Virus record (IMG/VR): IMGVR_UViG_3300016484_000911
Coordinates: 1 to 31,036 of that record
Length of the DNA stretch: 31,036 bases
Reading direction: 5' to 3' (one strand)
Source of the DNA: a virus
Taxonomy: Duplodnaviria > Caudoviricetes
Position numbers and translations under genes: made by a program. The notes below the pieces were generated by a model. That model was not told where the DNA came from. It did no database searches and worked only from the letters and a program-made list of their open reading frames with translations. Position 1 is the first letter of the stretch, and the number at the start of each line of letters is the position of its first letter. Below are positions 16,150-26,394 of the stretch, in pieces.

Positions 16150-18176
16150 CGACAGACAATCAAAGCCCCGGTGCCAGACGAGTACAGCGCTATAGTGTGG
16201 CGGGGGGATTGTCTGGCTCGAAGGCCAATCAGGAGACGACTCCAGTCGAGTTTGTGAAACTCGTTAATTGTCTTGTCGATAAGCGGCTAGGTGCTGTAGT
16301 GAAACGTCCCGGCTCTGTGCAGGAGACTATATCGGGAGCTCTAGGAACACCATTAGGTATTGCTGAATATTACTCAGCTTCTGCTTCTACTCTCATACCG
16401 ATTCGCCGCGTAATGCTGGCTAACTTCTCTGGCAATGAGTGGCGACAGAATCAGGCTGGCACATGGTCAAGCGTGTCCGTTGATTCTGGCCTTTCCCTCT
16501 CTTCCTCAAAGCCATCAACCTTCACTCAAATCGGCTCGCGCCTCTACATCGCAGCTGGTGAGCCTGCATACTGGGATGGCCCCGGAACCACTATCAAGCC
16601 TCTCGGTATTCCCGCTCCAACCTCAGCTCTCACCATAACTTCCTCCAACACAGGAAGCGGAATCACACTGACCTCTGGCACGAGCTATATGGCCACCTGT
16701 TATAACTCAACTACTGGAGCGGAGAGTGATTGGTCTCCTATATCAAGCGCGGTGGGTGCAATTAGCAACAAGTCGATAGTGATAGCTCTCCCCGCTACCG
16801 CTGCTGGCGAATGGGACCAGTTCAGAATTTACCGCTACCTCGATGGCGGCGCGTACCCTTACTTGGTGGATACAGTGAGTGCTGCGACCACTAGTTACAC
16901 TGACAGCAAGCCGGACGCACAGCTTACATCTCGAGCTAGCGCACGATACAAGAAGGGACTACCCCCTACCCAGGCCTTTGTATGTGCTAACTACTCTCAG
17001 CACTTGTGGTTCGTAGATGCCACTGACCCCTACAAGCTCTGCTTCAGTGAACCGTACACGGGTAGCAATGTAGACCCTTCATACTTCCCATTAGAGAATA
17101 CGGTTAGGAGCTCAGAGCCAATTACGGCGCTCCTTGTTACGTCTAGCAGGCTGCTCATATTCCACCCCCGCTCCATCTCTGTGCTTACAGGATCGTCCAA
17201 AGATGAGTTTGACATCGACCCCCTCATCCCCGGGATTGGCACAGTTTTCCCTCAGAGTGTCTCTACAAACGGGACCGATATCGTATTCCTCTCCGAGCAA
17301 GGGTTCGTGTCGATTACTTTCGGAGGTGGCTCTCGTATACATCTCTCGAGAGAAATAGACTTAGACTTACAGCCCTTGCTAGCTGGAAGCTACAACGCCT
17401 TCATTTACGCGAGCTCTGTCTGGTCTCCCAGTCTCAGGCAATTCATTTTCTGTATCTCTGCTCGCTCGGCTGCCACGGTTGGTTGGGTAGACGCTACTTC
17501 AGGGTTGACAGCAACATGGGTAGACACTCTCTCTGCAATCAGTAAGGCCTGGGAGAGCACCGACCTTGCAGCTCAGACCACGAACAGAGTGAAGATATGG
17601 GGCTGGTCTCCAGAGCTCTCGAACGCACAGGGGAACCTGTGGGCTGAATATGCGTTCCCGGTAGCGACCGACTCGAACACGAACAACGCATTTGTGACCA
17701 CCATGTGTCACCCCGCCCCCTCTTCCGATTCCAACGATCCACAGCAGGACAAGACCTATATCGGTTACTACACAGGCACCGCTGGTGGGATTATCTCAGC
17801 GTTCAGGAAAGACACGAATACCGATAACGGCACTCCCATCACCTCAGAGATTATCACTGGCAGAATATGCCCCGGAGATCAGCAAGCAGCGTTTAAGTTG
17901 TTCCAATCTCTAGGCTTCCACAACGCATACTCCGACCCTACCTCGGACACTCTAGGGTCTCTCTCTTACCTGATCGACTTTGACGACCCCCATCTCCGGG
18001 GGTATGAAGATTTTGATATCCCCCTCGCAGGTAGTACCGACCAGAAGAAGTTTTCGACAATGCAAGGTAGACATATACACTTGCGTCTAGTCGACACCTC
18101 ACAGAGCCAGAGCAAAGTCTTGCTATCCGAATTTTTTATCACCTACAGAGAGAGAATGAGGCGGTCTGGTCGCTAA
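16146..18176 (+). CDS. Tail nozzle / DNA stabilisation protein (P22 gp10 / T7 gp12-like)
   Basis: GGL..N......GAVVKRPG N-terminus, beta-propeller-like motifs (ITAL, GIGTVFPQS, IVFLS.QG, LSREI), GRHIHLRL C-terminus; FN3-like insert. Confidence 0.78.
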   Translation: MTTDNQSPGARRVQRYSVAGGLSGSKANQETTPVEFVKLVNCLVDKRLGAVVKRPGSVQETISGALGTPLGIAEYYSASASTLIPIRRVMLANFSGNEWRQNQAGTWSSVSVDSGLSLSSSKPSTFTQIGSRLYIAAGEPAYWDGPGTTIKPLGIPAPTSALTITSSNTGSGITLTSGTSYMATCYNSTTGAESDWSPISSAVGAISNKSIVIALPATAAGEWDQFRIYRYLDGGAYPYLVDTVSAATTSYTDSKPDAQLTSRASARYKKGLPPTQAFVCANYSQHLWFVDATDPYKLCFSEPYTGSNVDPSYFPLENTVRSSEPITALLVTSSRLLIFHPRSISVLTGSSKDEFDIDPLIPGIGTVFPQSVSTNGTDIVFLSEQGFVSITFGGGSRIHLSREIDLDLQPLLAGSYNAFIYASSVWSPSLRQFIFCISARSAATVGWVDATSGLTATWVDTLSAISKAWESTDLAAQTTNRVKIWGWSPELSNAQGNLWAEYAFPVATDSNTNNAFVTTMCHPAPSSDSNDPQQDKTYIGYYTGTAGGIISAFRKDTNTDNGTPITSEIITGRICPGDQQAAFKLFQSLGFHNAYSDPTSDTLGSLSYLIDFDDPHLRGYEDFDIPLAGSTDQKKFSTMQGRHIHLRLVDTSQSQSKVLLSEFFITYRERMRRSGR

Positions 18177-18234
18177 ATGGACTCACTCTAGGTCTGTCTA
18201 TACACTGAACAAAACCGACAATGGAGACGACTGA

Positions 18235-18396
18235 ATGGAAGCACCGCGCCTTTGGCTGCACCGCCCTTCCCGCCATGACCATAGGCTAGCTATTCAGTAC
18301 CGCTCTCGCCAGAGAATCCAACATCGCCAGAATCGCCGATTCATCCGCCATCGCATCGCAAGACTCATTCGCCTAGAAGCAGAGAAAGAACTATGA
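18235..18396 (+). CDS. Arg/His-rich 53-aa peptide (not in the ORF track)
   Basis: GGAG RBS at 18223-18226, ATG 18235, ATGA overlap with 18393; MEAPRLWLHRPSRHDHRLAIQYRSRQRIQHRQNRRFIRHRIARLIRLEAEKEL. Confidence 0.5.
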   Translation: MEAPRLWLHRPSRHDHRLAIQYRSRQRIQHRQNRRFIRHRIARLIRLEAEKEL

Positions 18397-19511
18397 TTGA
18401 CCCCAAGAAAGCAAGACAGAATCAGTTCGCTCAGGCGCTCTCTCAGGCGCGTATGCAGAGGGGGCCAGCTACCACTCAGCCGCGCCCAGCCGGTATGCCA
18501 GCACTACCTGGAGCCAAACATCAGGGGCAAGTTGGCGCGAACTTCCAACTCGGCACCACTCAGGAGAGACTCCAGCAACAACTTGCTCGAGCTAACTCTG
18601 AGATACAGAGACGTGGCGGCACCGCTCCTAATAACGAAGCTCGAAAGAGAATGATAGAGGCAGAGTTGGCAAAGCGTGGAGGAGGTGCTCCTGGGAATGT
18701 AGATACTCCTCTCCCTCCTCCTGGCCAGGGTGGAGGCCCCCAACAGCCCGGTAGCGGAACGGCTCCTGGCGCTAACCCCGGCGGAGCCTCACAGGTGGCA
18801 CCGGCTGACTCCCAGAACAATCCCTTTGGTATGCTAAATGGTGTATACAACGCTGCTACCAATGGCACCATCAATGAGTACAACACCGCCGCTAATCGCC
18901 TGCGTGAGAGAGTGGATGCAATGGGTGAGGCTAATATGGAGCAAGCCAAGTCTCGCCAGCTAGGGCGTGGATTCGGCACTTCTGGAGCGATGGACCAGGC
19001 AGCGTATCAGGTTGGAGCTAACACTCAGAACGCATACGCACAGGGGCTAAATGACCTCTCTATGCAGTTTGAGAATCAGAGACAACAAGGATTACAAACC
19101 GCTCTGGGCGCAGGACAGTCAGCTCTTAACTATCGATCACAAGGAGAAGATAGGCAGTCTACCGAGAGGATAGCTGGGGAGGGGAGAGCCTTGCAGGAGA
19201 GGCTCCAGCAGAGAGACCAGCAATTCCAGGGCGGGGAAAATGCGCTAGAGCGTGCTCTCAGACAGACGCTACTAGGGCAACAACAATCTTTCGAGGGTGG
19301 GCAAAACCAAGCGCAGAGGGACCTTCAGAAATATCTCGGTGAGCTTGGAGAGAAAAATGGGAACTGGAGAGCCTCTCTTCAAGGACTCCTGTCACTGCTC
19401 GACTCTTCCGGTACTAACCCCAACGCCTCTAGCATCGATATTGCCGACCTCTTGGGGTTAGGTAGTGGCTCGTCTGGAGCGCTGAAAGGCCCCAATCGGG
19501 GAGGTATATAA
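18393..19511 (+). CDS. Probable internal virion / ejection protein
   Basis: Gln/Gly/Ala-rich helical protein with LGRGFGTSG motif; located after the nozzle gene. Confidence 0.65.
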   Translation: MIDPKKARQNQFAQALSQARMQRGPATTQPRPAGMPALPGAKHQGQVGANFQLGTTQERLQQQLARANSEIQRRGGTAPNNEARKRMIEAELAKRGGGAPGNVDTPLPPPGQGGGPQQPGSGTAPGANPGGASQVAPADSQNNPFGMLNGVYNAATNGTINEYNTAANRLRERVDAMGEANMEQAKSRQLGRGFGTSGAMDQAAYQVGANTQNAYAQGLNDLSMQFENQRQQGLQTALGAGQSALNYRSQGEDRQSTERIAGEGRALQERLQQRDQQFQGGENALERALRQTLLGQQQSFEGGQNQAQRDLQKYLGELGEKNGNWRASLQGLLSLLDSSGTNPNASSIDIADLLGLGSGSSGALKGPNRGGI

Positions 19512-20281
19512 TGAAGTCGAGAGGGGCGGATTCTTCCAGTGCAGTTGCTAACATGGTAAGAGACTCCATCCGACAGGGTGGAACTCAAGCGCAAGACCCC
19601 CACGCGCGCACCATGACGAGACTCGGGGGGATGGTTAAAGACCCAGGAGACATACAGCAGTTGAGAGCAGCTGGCGCAGCACTAGGCGATGGCAGCGTGC
19701 TAGATAGTAAGATACGAGAGCTGCAAAGAGAGGGGGAAAAGGGAGGCTTCACAGACGAGCTTAGAGCGCAGATAGCAGGACTGAGACAGACTCAAACTGA
19801 CATGACTCAAGACGCTCGTAGCATGAAGCAGTTTAGCATAAAACCCAGTGGTGGCGGTGGTGGTGGTTTCGCACCAGGAAGAGGAGTAGGCGTGGCAGGA
19901 GGAGGAGGAATGAATTTAGCGTCGATAGCAGAAGCCTTGGCAGCATACAAGGCGCAACTCAACTTTAACCAGTCCTCTCCCTTTGCGGACGGCAGCCAGA
20001 ACAGGCTCGCGCAGCTCGAGCAGAGAGAGCAGATAGGTCAGCTCCAGAAGCTCTACGACATGCTCATGGAGAGAGAAAAGATGCAGACCGAAATGATGAG
20101 AGAACAGCAGTATGCCCAGAGGGCTGCAATGCAGAAGGCTAATACCGGAGGCGGGGGAGTTTTTGGCGGGCAAAGAGAGGGTGATAATGACGACGACCCC
20201 TACAAAGCTGTTCGAGACGGAGTAGTATCGGCTGCTATGCAGTACATGAGGAAGCGCAATCCCCATTCAGGAGTCGAATAA
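19511..20281 (+). CDS. Probable internal virion / ejection protein
   Basis: TAATG-coupled; low-complexity helical protein with Gly linkers. Confidence 0.6.
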   Translation: MKSRGADSSSAVANMVRDSIRQGGTQAQDPHARTMTRLGGMVKDPGDIQQLRAAGAALGDGSVLDSKIRELQREGEKGGFTDELRAQIAGLRQTQTDMTQDARSMKQFSIKPSGGGGGGFAPGRGVGVAGGGGMNLASIAEALAAYKAQLNFNQSSPFADGSQNRLAQLEQREQIGQLQKLYDMLMEREKMQTEMMREQQYAQRAAMQKANTGGGGVFGGQREGDNDDDPYKAVRDGVVSAAMQYMRKRNPHSGVE

Positions 20282-21402
20282 TGTCTTGGCTAGATGACTT
20301 ATTTTCTTCAATCACAGGCGCCACTGAGGATTTTGGGGCAGCGATGGACGGTGTTCGCGACTCGATAGGCTTAGAGCCACTCGCAGAGCTAACACGCCCC
20401 CGCCCTGTCTCCGGCATAAAGGTATCAGAAACCTCCCTGCCTTTCCCATCGGAAGAACTCAACATAGGTAGCCCCGGGATCGTTTTCGCTCCTTCTAGTC
20501 GAGACCTGGAGGCAGAGGCGAAGGCAGAGGAGCAACTGAGACAGCAGAAGATTCTCGGGAGTATTCGAGGGAGCTTCAACGTCAACGACCTCAACCCCGG
20601 AGCCGTAGCCTATAACGGAGACCTAGATAGCACGATAGGAGGGGCCCTCGAACCCCTCATCGGTGGCCTATCCTCCTTCCTCACTGGCCTAACAACTAAA
20701 GGCGCTTCTCAGGACTCTCTCGTACAGGAGATGGTAGGCAAGATGCCGCAGAGGGACGGAGCTAGCCCCCTTGCGCAACTGCTCCAAGGCCTCGCACAGT
20801 ATGGCGGAGAATGGGCGCCACAGGGAGAACCAGACCTGTCTGGGACTAGGGAGAGAGAGGCTGAGGAGGAAGCGTTGTTGCAGATGCTCAATCAGCAATC
20901 CTCTGAAGGCAGAGCTCAGAGAGTTGCTCAAGAGGACGAAGTTCAGGCACGATTAAAAGCGCTTAAGTCCGTGAGCAGTCCTGGCACTTTATCTTTTGCA
21001 GCAAAGGGTAATAGCGTTGAAGGGGACTTTGAGGAGGCCAGAGCAGAGGATCCCAGAGGCTCCTTCAGTCGCACTAACGTTCCTCTCGCAGAGCAGAGCA
21101 TGACCCGCAAACTCCAAGCTCTAGGCCTAGACTCAAGGCAAGCTCAAGCAATTGCAGAGAACGCCGATGCTCAGGATGCTCGAGCTATCATCAAGCAGCT
21201 AGCCCAAAGGCAGGCGATGGGGAGAGGGGAGAAAATCCAGAGCGCTCTCTCTGAGTATAGTAAGAACGTAGCCAAGGCACAGCAGCCAGACAAGGTTATG
21301 TCTGCACTCATCCTCCAGCTGCAAAATGCGGGGATGTCCGAAGCTGAGATTAGGCAGGCTCTCCAGTCTGCGATAGCGTCTATCCCCTCTAAGAAGAAAT
21401 AA
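20281..21402 (+). CDS. Probable internal virion / ejection protein
   Basis: TAATG-coupled; helical; MSWLDDLF N-terminus. Confidence 0.6.
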   Translation: MSWLDDLFSSITGATEDFGAAMDGVRDSIGLEPLAELTRPRPVSGIKVSETSLPFPSEELNIGSPGIVFAPSSRDLEAEAKAEEQLRQQKILGSIRGSFNVNDLNPGAVAYNGDLDSTIGGALEPLIGGLSSFLTGLTTKGASQDSLVQEMVGKMPQRDGASPLAQLLQGLAQYGGEWAPQGEPDLSGTREREAEEEALLQMLNQQSSEGRAQRVAQEDEVQARLKALKSVSSPGTLSFAAKGNSVEGDFEEARAEDPRGSFSRTNVPLAEQSMTRKLQALGLDSRQAQAIAENADAQDARAIIKQLAQRQAMGRGEKIQSALSEYSKNVAKAQQPDKVMSALILQLQNAGMSEAEIRQALQSAIASIPSKKK

Positions 21403-21405
21403 GCT

Positions 21406-24400
21406 ATGTGGCCATTTGACGATGAAGAAGAGACCGTTGATTACATCCGCCCCGATGCGCTTGAGGCGGTCCTCACATCGTCATCAATCGACCAGGACAC
21501 CCGGAACATGGCCCTCGGTATCGAGCGAGATATGGGCAAGCTCGCTCAACTTGGCTATGACCCAGAGCTAGCTGAACCCCGGTCGTCGTTCTGGGGTGAG
21601 TTATTCGACACCCTAGACGCCCCAAGACAGGGGGTAGCGGGGGTAGTAGACACCGTGCTCAGAGGCGATATGTTTGAGGACGGTGTTGGTACTGGCTGGA
21701 GGAGGGGGCAGATTGAGAACACCTCATCCTCTGACATACTGCGTAGGCACGATATCATCGACAACCCCATTGCGCGTGGCCTCGTTGGCTTCGGAGCCGA
21801 CCTTCTTACCGACCCCCTCTCCTGGGTATCCTTTGGCGCTACCGCCACGGCCAAGGTTGGAGGTAAAGCCTTAACAGAAGCAGGTACCGCCCTCAAAGCC
21901 ACAGGGGTAGAGCGCCTTATGGGGCTTGGCGTTACCGATATACTCGAGCAGGACAAGATACTAGGAGAAGTCTTCCAGTCTATCTCTCGTGGGCAGGAAG
22001 CAGCTTCAGAACTAGGCAAGGGGACTGCCGCTACTGATGCTTTCCACGCTAAAAAGCTGGAAGACTCAAGGGACTTGTGGAGTACTATCTTCAAGGATGA
22101 TGAGGTCTTAGGTGCCGACCTGTTCGAGAAACGAAAACTCCGGGTGGGTAGAGATCTTCCATTCCTAGGACACTTCCAGAAAACATCATCCGGGGCTGAA
22201 GAACTCATTTCAGAATCTCCTGGTGTGGTGGGACAAGCCTTGCGGGAGGTGAGCAAGGTTATCAAGCCAGGACGTGTTTCTGTAGCTGAGTTCGACATAT
22301 CCGATGATATAGCACGGACCTTTGAGCACCTCAATACTTTTGCTCAGAAAACTTTAGACCAAATTGCTAGTGCCGCATCCCAGATACCTTTAGCGGGGAA
22401 ATTGGTTGAGCCCACTGGCAAGGCCCTCTCTTCTGCTAACGAGCTACTCAAGAAGACCTTTTCACGTAAGGCGCTGATAGGCGCTACCAATGACGACATC
22501 ACGAAAGAGTATCTAAACGCTGCTGCTGGCGTGCGAGTCATTGCACGAGAGAGAGCGCTAGCTACTCTAGGTGAGGAAGGACTACGTAACCAAGACGACC
22601 TTAAAGATGCTTGGCTCCTGATAGACGAGTTGGGAGCGCAGGCTATGAAGCGGGGGAATCTCAACTCTCAGCAGACAGAGCAGATACTACGCAAGCTAGC
22701 TCTAGGAAGAGAAGTCGCAGACGGTGACATGCTCTACCTTAGAGACTCATTCAACATTCCTCTAGACGAGACAGGATCTACCGCTGAAGGTCTATTCAGA
22801 CAAGAGCTCCAAGCAAAGCTAGCCGACCCTAACATCCGCCCCGGCACTAAAGAGATGACTGCAAAACTCCTAGGAGCGTTTGACGACCTCGCCATAGAGG
22901 AAGCTGAGGCGGGGATACAGCATGGGTTTCTTGAGTATTATGTAGCTCACAAGTACAAAAACAGAGAGAGAAACCCCTTCGCCAGAAAGGGCGTTAAAGC
23001 AAATTTCACCGAAAGCAGAAAATACGACACGCTCTCTGAAGCGTTTGAGGTGTCCGGTAAAGTTGCAGACATTGATGTACCTCAGCTCCTCGAATCTCGA
23101 ATAGCAAAATCCCTCACCCTCAGAGCGCAGAAGGCATACGCTACTCGTCTCATGATAGAGAACTCCATGCCTCAGCATATCGTGCAATCTCTCTACAGAG
23201 AGGCCATAGCTGACCCACAAGGCCCCGCTGCTCAAGTTCTGAAGCGCAATAAATGGGACGCTCCTAAGGTTGAGATAGACCAGCTCAGAGAAGGCGCTGT
23301 CACCGCTAAGAGAGCGAAGCTCCTTGCTAAGGAAGCCACTGACCTCACAGCAGAGGAGAAGCAGCTTCTCGCTATGTCTCACCAGGAGTTCGCAGACGAG
23401 ACTCATAAGTCTTTAATGGCCGCTGGTTACACACCGAAAGATGCCCCGCTCCCTGATTCAATCTTAGGTGAGATAGGCAAGGAAGTTGACATCCCTGGCG
23501 GGGGGAAGATGTTCCTTCCCGTTCCAGTTGCAGAAGCTTACAAGGAGACTGTAGCGGCTAGAGACTTGTTTAAGGAGAAGTTCGGCAACACCGCTCTAGG
23601 AGCTGCTCTAGTCAAGGCAGCAGATGCCACTACTTCCTTCTTCAAGAAGTTCGTCACCATTCCCTTTCCCGCGTATCACGCGCAGAACATTTTAGGTGAT
23701 AGGTTCAGACAGGCCATGTCTGGAATCAACGCTATGGATCCAGGGGTTCAAGCTAGGACTGCATCCCTTATGGCGGGGAGAAGCTCTATCAGAAATGCTG
23801 CTGGTCAGGTGCTAGACAAACCTACTCTAGAGCGCCTCATTAAAGAGCAGGGCATGTCCTACAATCTCTCTGATTACATCGGAGCGATAGAGTCTTTCGG
23901 GGATATGGACATTGATAGGTTCCTTAGGACTAAGGAGTCCATCGGTAAGAACATAAAGGAGTTCAAGCAGAAAGGTGCTAAGGGTGCCGCTGTGATGCAG
24001 CTTCACGATAAATTCCAGAAGACCTTTGATGGGTTCTTTAGAATAGGTGAAGTGGTGAGAAGGTTTGAGGCGGGGGACTCACTATACGATGCAGTGAGAG
24101 CAAGCAATGAGATGTACTTCAACTACCGGGACATGACACCGATAGAAGCATCCTACTTCAGACGCTTCTATATGTTCTATGGGTACATGTCAAAAGCTAC
24201 TAAGTCTACCCTCACAGACCTAGTAACGAACCCTGGGAACCTCACAATGCAGCTCACCGCTACTCGTGCTCTAGCTGAGTTCTTCAGTGACCCAGACGCA
24301 GCTCCTACGGCTGAGATGGCAGACCTTAAACTCCTCTCCTCCACAGCCACAATGGAGTCCCTCTCCCATGCTGTAGGCACCACCCCAGATGGTAAGCCGA

Positions 24401-25017
24401 TATTCGGTAGAGGCTTTGCCGCCCCCGTTAATGCGGTCATGCAGCAGTTCGCTTTACAGGTCCCTCGTAATTTTACGGTAGGAGAGCTGGTCGATACACT
24501 GGGGTCCTCAGCAAAACGGACTCTCCAGAAACAGTTTGCTAGCGCTAACCCAATGGTAAATGCTAGCGCACAGTTAGTTTCTGGTAAGAATTTGTACTTC
24601 GATAAGCCTCTAGATGCGGAGTTCCTCCGCAAACTTCCTTCCCTAAATGCCCTTGCAGAACGTGTTGCGGGGTACTCTTATGACGACCTCCCAGTAGACC
24701 TAGACGCCCCCGCTAAAGCTTTCCTAAAGGCCGTACCAGACGGCAAAGGAAGATTAGTAGCAGACCCAGGGCGTATGTGGATTCTGATGAACCTCATTCC
24801 TGGTCTAGGAAGAGCTACGTCAATGGCAGGAAGCCTCTCCAACACCGAGATCCCCCTCCAAGCAGGATTGTTGAGGACAATTCTCGGAGTCAATCTGGAC
24901 GATCAAGATCCGTCACGCACGTATCTGTCCAGCCAGAGGAGCAGTCTAGATAGCTTCATGAGTCAAAATTCCATCCGCCAGCAGCTCAAGAATCTTGAGC
25001 CTGAAGAAGAGGAGTAA
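21406..25017 (+). CDS. Large internal virion / DNA ejection protein (1203 aa)
   Basis: Largest ORF and last in the virion module; GFGADLLTDPLSW segment; P.YHAQN and RRFYMFYGY patterns resembling large podovirus ejection proteins. Confidence 0.7.
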   Translation: MWPFDDEEETVDYIRPDALEAVLTSSSIDQDTRNMALGIERDMGKLAQLGYDPELAEPRSSFWGELFDTLDAPRQGVAGVVDTVLRGDMFEDGVGTGWRRGQIENTSSSDILRRHDIIDNPIARGLVGFGADLLTDPLSWVSFGATATAKVGGKALTEAGTALKATGVERLMGLGVTDILEQDKILGEVFQSISRGQEAASELGKGTAATDAFHAKKLEDSRDLWSTIFKDDEVLGADLFEKRKLRVGRDLPFLGHFQKTSSGAEELISESPGVVGQALREVSKVIKPGRVSVAEFDISDDIARTFEHLNTFAQKTLDQIASAASQIPLAGKLVEPTGKALSSANELLKKTFSRKALIGATNDDITKEYLNAAAGVRVIARERALATLGEEGLRNQDDLKDAWLLIDELGAQAMKRGNLNSQQTEQILRKLALGREVADGDMLYLRDSFNIPLDETGSTAEGLFRQELQAKLADPNIRPGTKEMTAKLLGAFDDLAIEEAEAGIQHGFLEYYVAHKYKNRERNPFARKGVKANFTESRKYDTLSEAFEVSGKVADIDVPQLLESRIAKSLTLRAQKAYATRLMIENSMPQHIVQSLYREAIADPQGPAAQVLKRNKWDAPKVEIDQLREGAVTAKRAKLLAKEATDLTAEEKQLLAMSHQEFADETHKSLMAAGYTPKDAPLPDSILGEIGKEVDIPGGGKMFLPVPVAEAYKETVAARDLFKEKFGNTALGAALVKAADATTSFFKKFVTIPFPAYHAQNILGDRFRQAMSGINAMDPGVQARTASLMAGRSSIRNAAGQVLDKPTLERLIKEQGMSYNLSDYIGAIESFGDMDIDRFLRTKESIGKNIKEFKQKGAKGAAVMQLHDKFQKTFDGFFRIGEVVRRFEAGDSLYDAVRASNEMYFNYRDMTPIEASYFRRFYMFYGYMSKATKSTLTDLVTNPGNLTMQLTATRALAEFFSDPDAAPTAEMADLKLLSSTATMESLSHAVGTTPDGKPIFGRGFAAPVNAVMQQFALQVPRNFTVGELVDTLGSSAKRTLQKQFASANPMVNASAQLVSGKNLYFDKPLDAEFLRKLPSLNALAERVAGYSYDDLPVDLDAPAKAFLKAVPDGKGRLVADPGRMWILMNLIPGLGRATSMAGSLSNTEIPLQAGLLRTILGVNLDDQDPSRTYLSSQRSSLDSFMSQNSIRQQLKNLEPEEEE

Positions 25018-25024
25018 GTCCCTC

Positions 25025-25051
25025 CCTGCTGAGACAAACGTCTACAGCAGG
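25025..25051 (+). promoter_or_regulatory. Hairpin overlapping the RBS of the next gene
   Basis: CCTGCTG-AGAC/GTCT-(A)-CAGCAGG, 11 bp, with no T-tract. Confidence 0.55.
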
Positions 25052-25056
25052 TGAAT

Positions 25057-25665
25057 ATGCTTCAAGGTAAAGGTCTCGGCAAAACTCTCCTACCCAACTT
25101 TTTCTATAACCTCTCAGCAATAACTGATGAGGGAAGGCCCAGATGGGTAGATGAGTTCGCAGATGCAGCCCCTTCCATCATTCAGCTTCAAGACCTATCA
25201 GCCAGCTTCCAAAAATCCAAGGCTCAACGGAACGAAGCCTACTCACGCTGGTTCGCCTCCTTCTTTGTCATCGACGACAGCGGAGACTGTGTCCCCGTAA
25301 TTAAGCCGACTCAAATGAAGTGGCAGGCAATACGGGTCCTCCACGACAAGCACTCTGAGACTCTCACCCGCGACTGGTGGCCCAATTACAGGGACTGCCT
25401 TTTTAGGGTTTTCCTCAACCCCCAGACCATCTACGACCACGCCACCGGGGAGCATAAGCAGTGGTATCTCCTCTGTCCTGAAGACGGGTATCTCGTCAAC
25501 CGACAGGAGATGCTGAAGCGGGGAGGAAATCCTCCACCTCGTGAATACACAGGAAGGGAAAGGTGGTTGTCTGCCCATAAAGAACTTCGACGTGCTCGAC
25601 TTATTCCGGTTGAGTGCTGCCATCACCTTCGTAATGAAGGTCAAGAATATAGAGCGGACCTGTGA
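25057..25665 (+). CDS. Hypothetical protein (start GTG 25051 or ATG 25057)
   Basis: About 200 aa, Trp/Phe-rich; AGGTGA RBS-like sequence; ends just before the next ATG. Confidence 0.7.
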   Translation: MLQGKGLGKTLLPNFFYNLSAITDEGRPRWVDEFADAAPSIIQLQDLSASFQKSKAQRNEAYSRWFASFFVIDDSGDCVPVIKPTQMKWQAIRVLHDKHSETLTRDWWPNYRDCLFRVFLNPQTIYDHATGEHKQWYLLCPEDGYLVNRQEMLKRGGNPPPREYTGRERWLSAHKELRRARLIPVECCHHLRNEGQEYRADL

Positions 25666-25666
25666 C

Positions 25667-25897
25667 ATGAAGACAGACAAAGAGCGACTAGCGATGTTAG
25701 AGGTAAAATCTGAAAACGCAGAGGAAACCCTGCGAAGCCACAGCGAGCAACTAGATCGCATGGACAGAGCTCTAACCTCTCTGCTTGGAGAAGTGAAGCA
25801 GATTAGGAACGCTCTGTACATCATGGCAATAGGCATAGCAGCTAATATCCCCGCCCTAAGCAATCTCCTCACGTCCCTCAAAGCCATCCTCAAATGA
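25667..25897 (+). CDS. XhlA-like coiled-coil plus TM protein (holin-associated)
   Basis: MKTDKERLAMLE coiled coil followed by hydrophobic ALYIMAIGIAANI; ATGA-coupled to the endolysin. Confidence 0.65.
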   Translation: MKTDKERLAMLEVKSENAEETLRSHSEQLDRMDRALTSLLGEVKQIRNALYIMAIGIAANIPALSNLLTSLKAILK

Positions 25898-26394
25898 CAC
25901 CCCGCGAACTAATTATTGACGCCATAGAGCGCCACACTAAAGCAATGGACCTCAGGCAAGATGTAGTCATCTGCATAATGCTGCAAGAGTCCAAAGGCGA
26001 CACGTTCGCCTGGAGATGGGAAGAGAAGTTCTGGGAACAGAGACTCAAGAATAAGGACCGTTCTCAACTCTCAGGCTGGACACCTAAGCCCGGGACTCTC
26101 CCTAGCATCACAGACGAACTCCTTCAGCGGTCGTGCTCCTTCGGACTCATGCAGGTCTTAGGAGATACTGCCAGATGGTGCGCCAAAGTGACAAGCCCCT
26201 ACTTGACCTCCCTCTGTGACCCAGACAGAGGAATTGAGGCGGGGTGCAGAATCCTCTCCTTCTACCTCAAGCAAGCCAGTGGCGACTACAGAGGAGCGCT
26301 TAAAGGTTACAACGGCTCCTGGTCGTATGCAGATGAAGTGTTAGGCCGTGTCCAGAGACGAGAGCACGTGGCTTGGATGAGAGGTGAAGTATGA
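25894..26394 (+). CDS. Endolysin, SLT-domain lytic transglycosylase
   Basis: Catalytic QES motif, SFGLMQV, and ALKGYNG. Confidence 0.88.
   Translation: MTPRELIIDAIERHTKAMDLRQDVVICIMLQESKGDTFAWRWEEKFWEQRLKNKDRSQLSGWTPKPGTLPSITDELLQRSCSFGLMQVLGDTARWCAKVTSPYLTSLCDPDRGIEAGCRILSFYLKQASGDYRGALKGYNGSWSYADEVLGRVQRREHVAWMRGEV

Noticed and set aside
21555-25893. Long minus-strand ORFs (21555..22334, 22870..23406, 25243..25893)
   Set aside because: They lie wholly antisense to well-supported genes and show no recognisable motifs.
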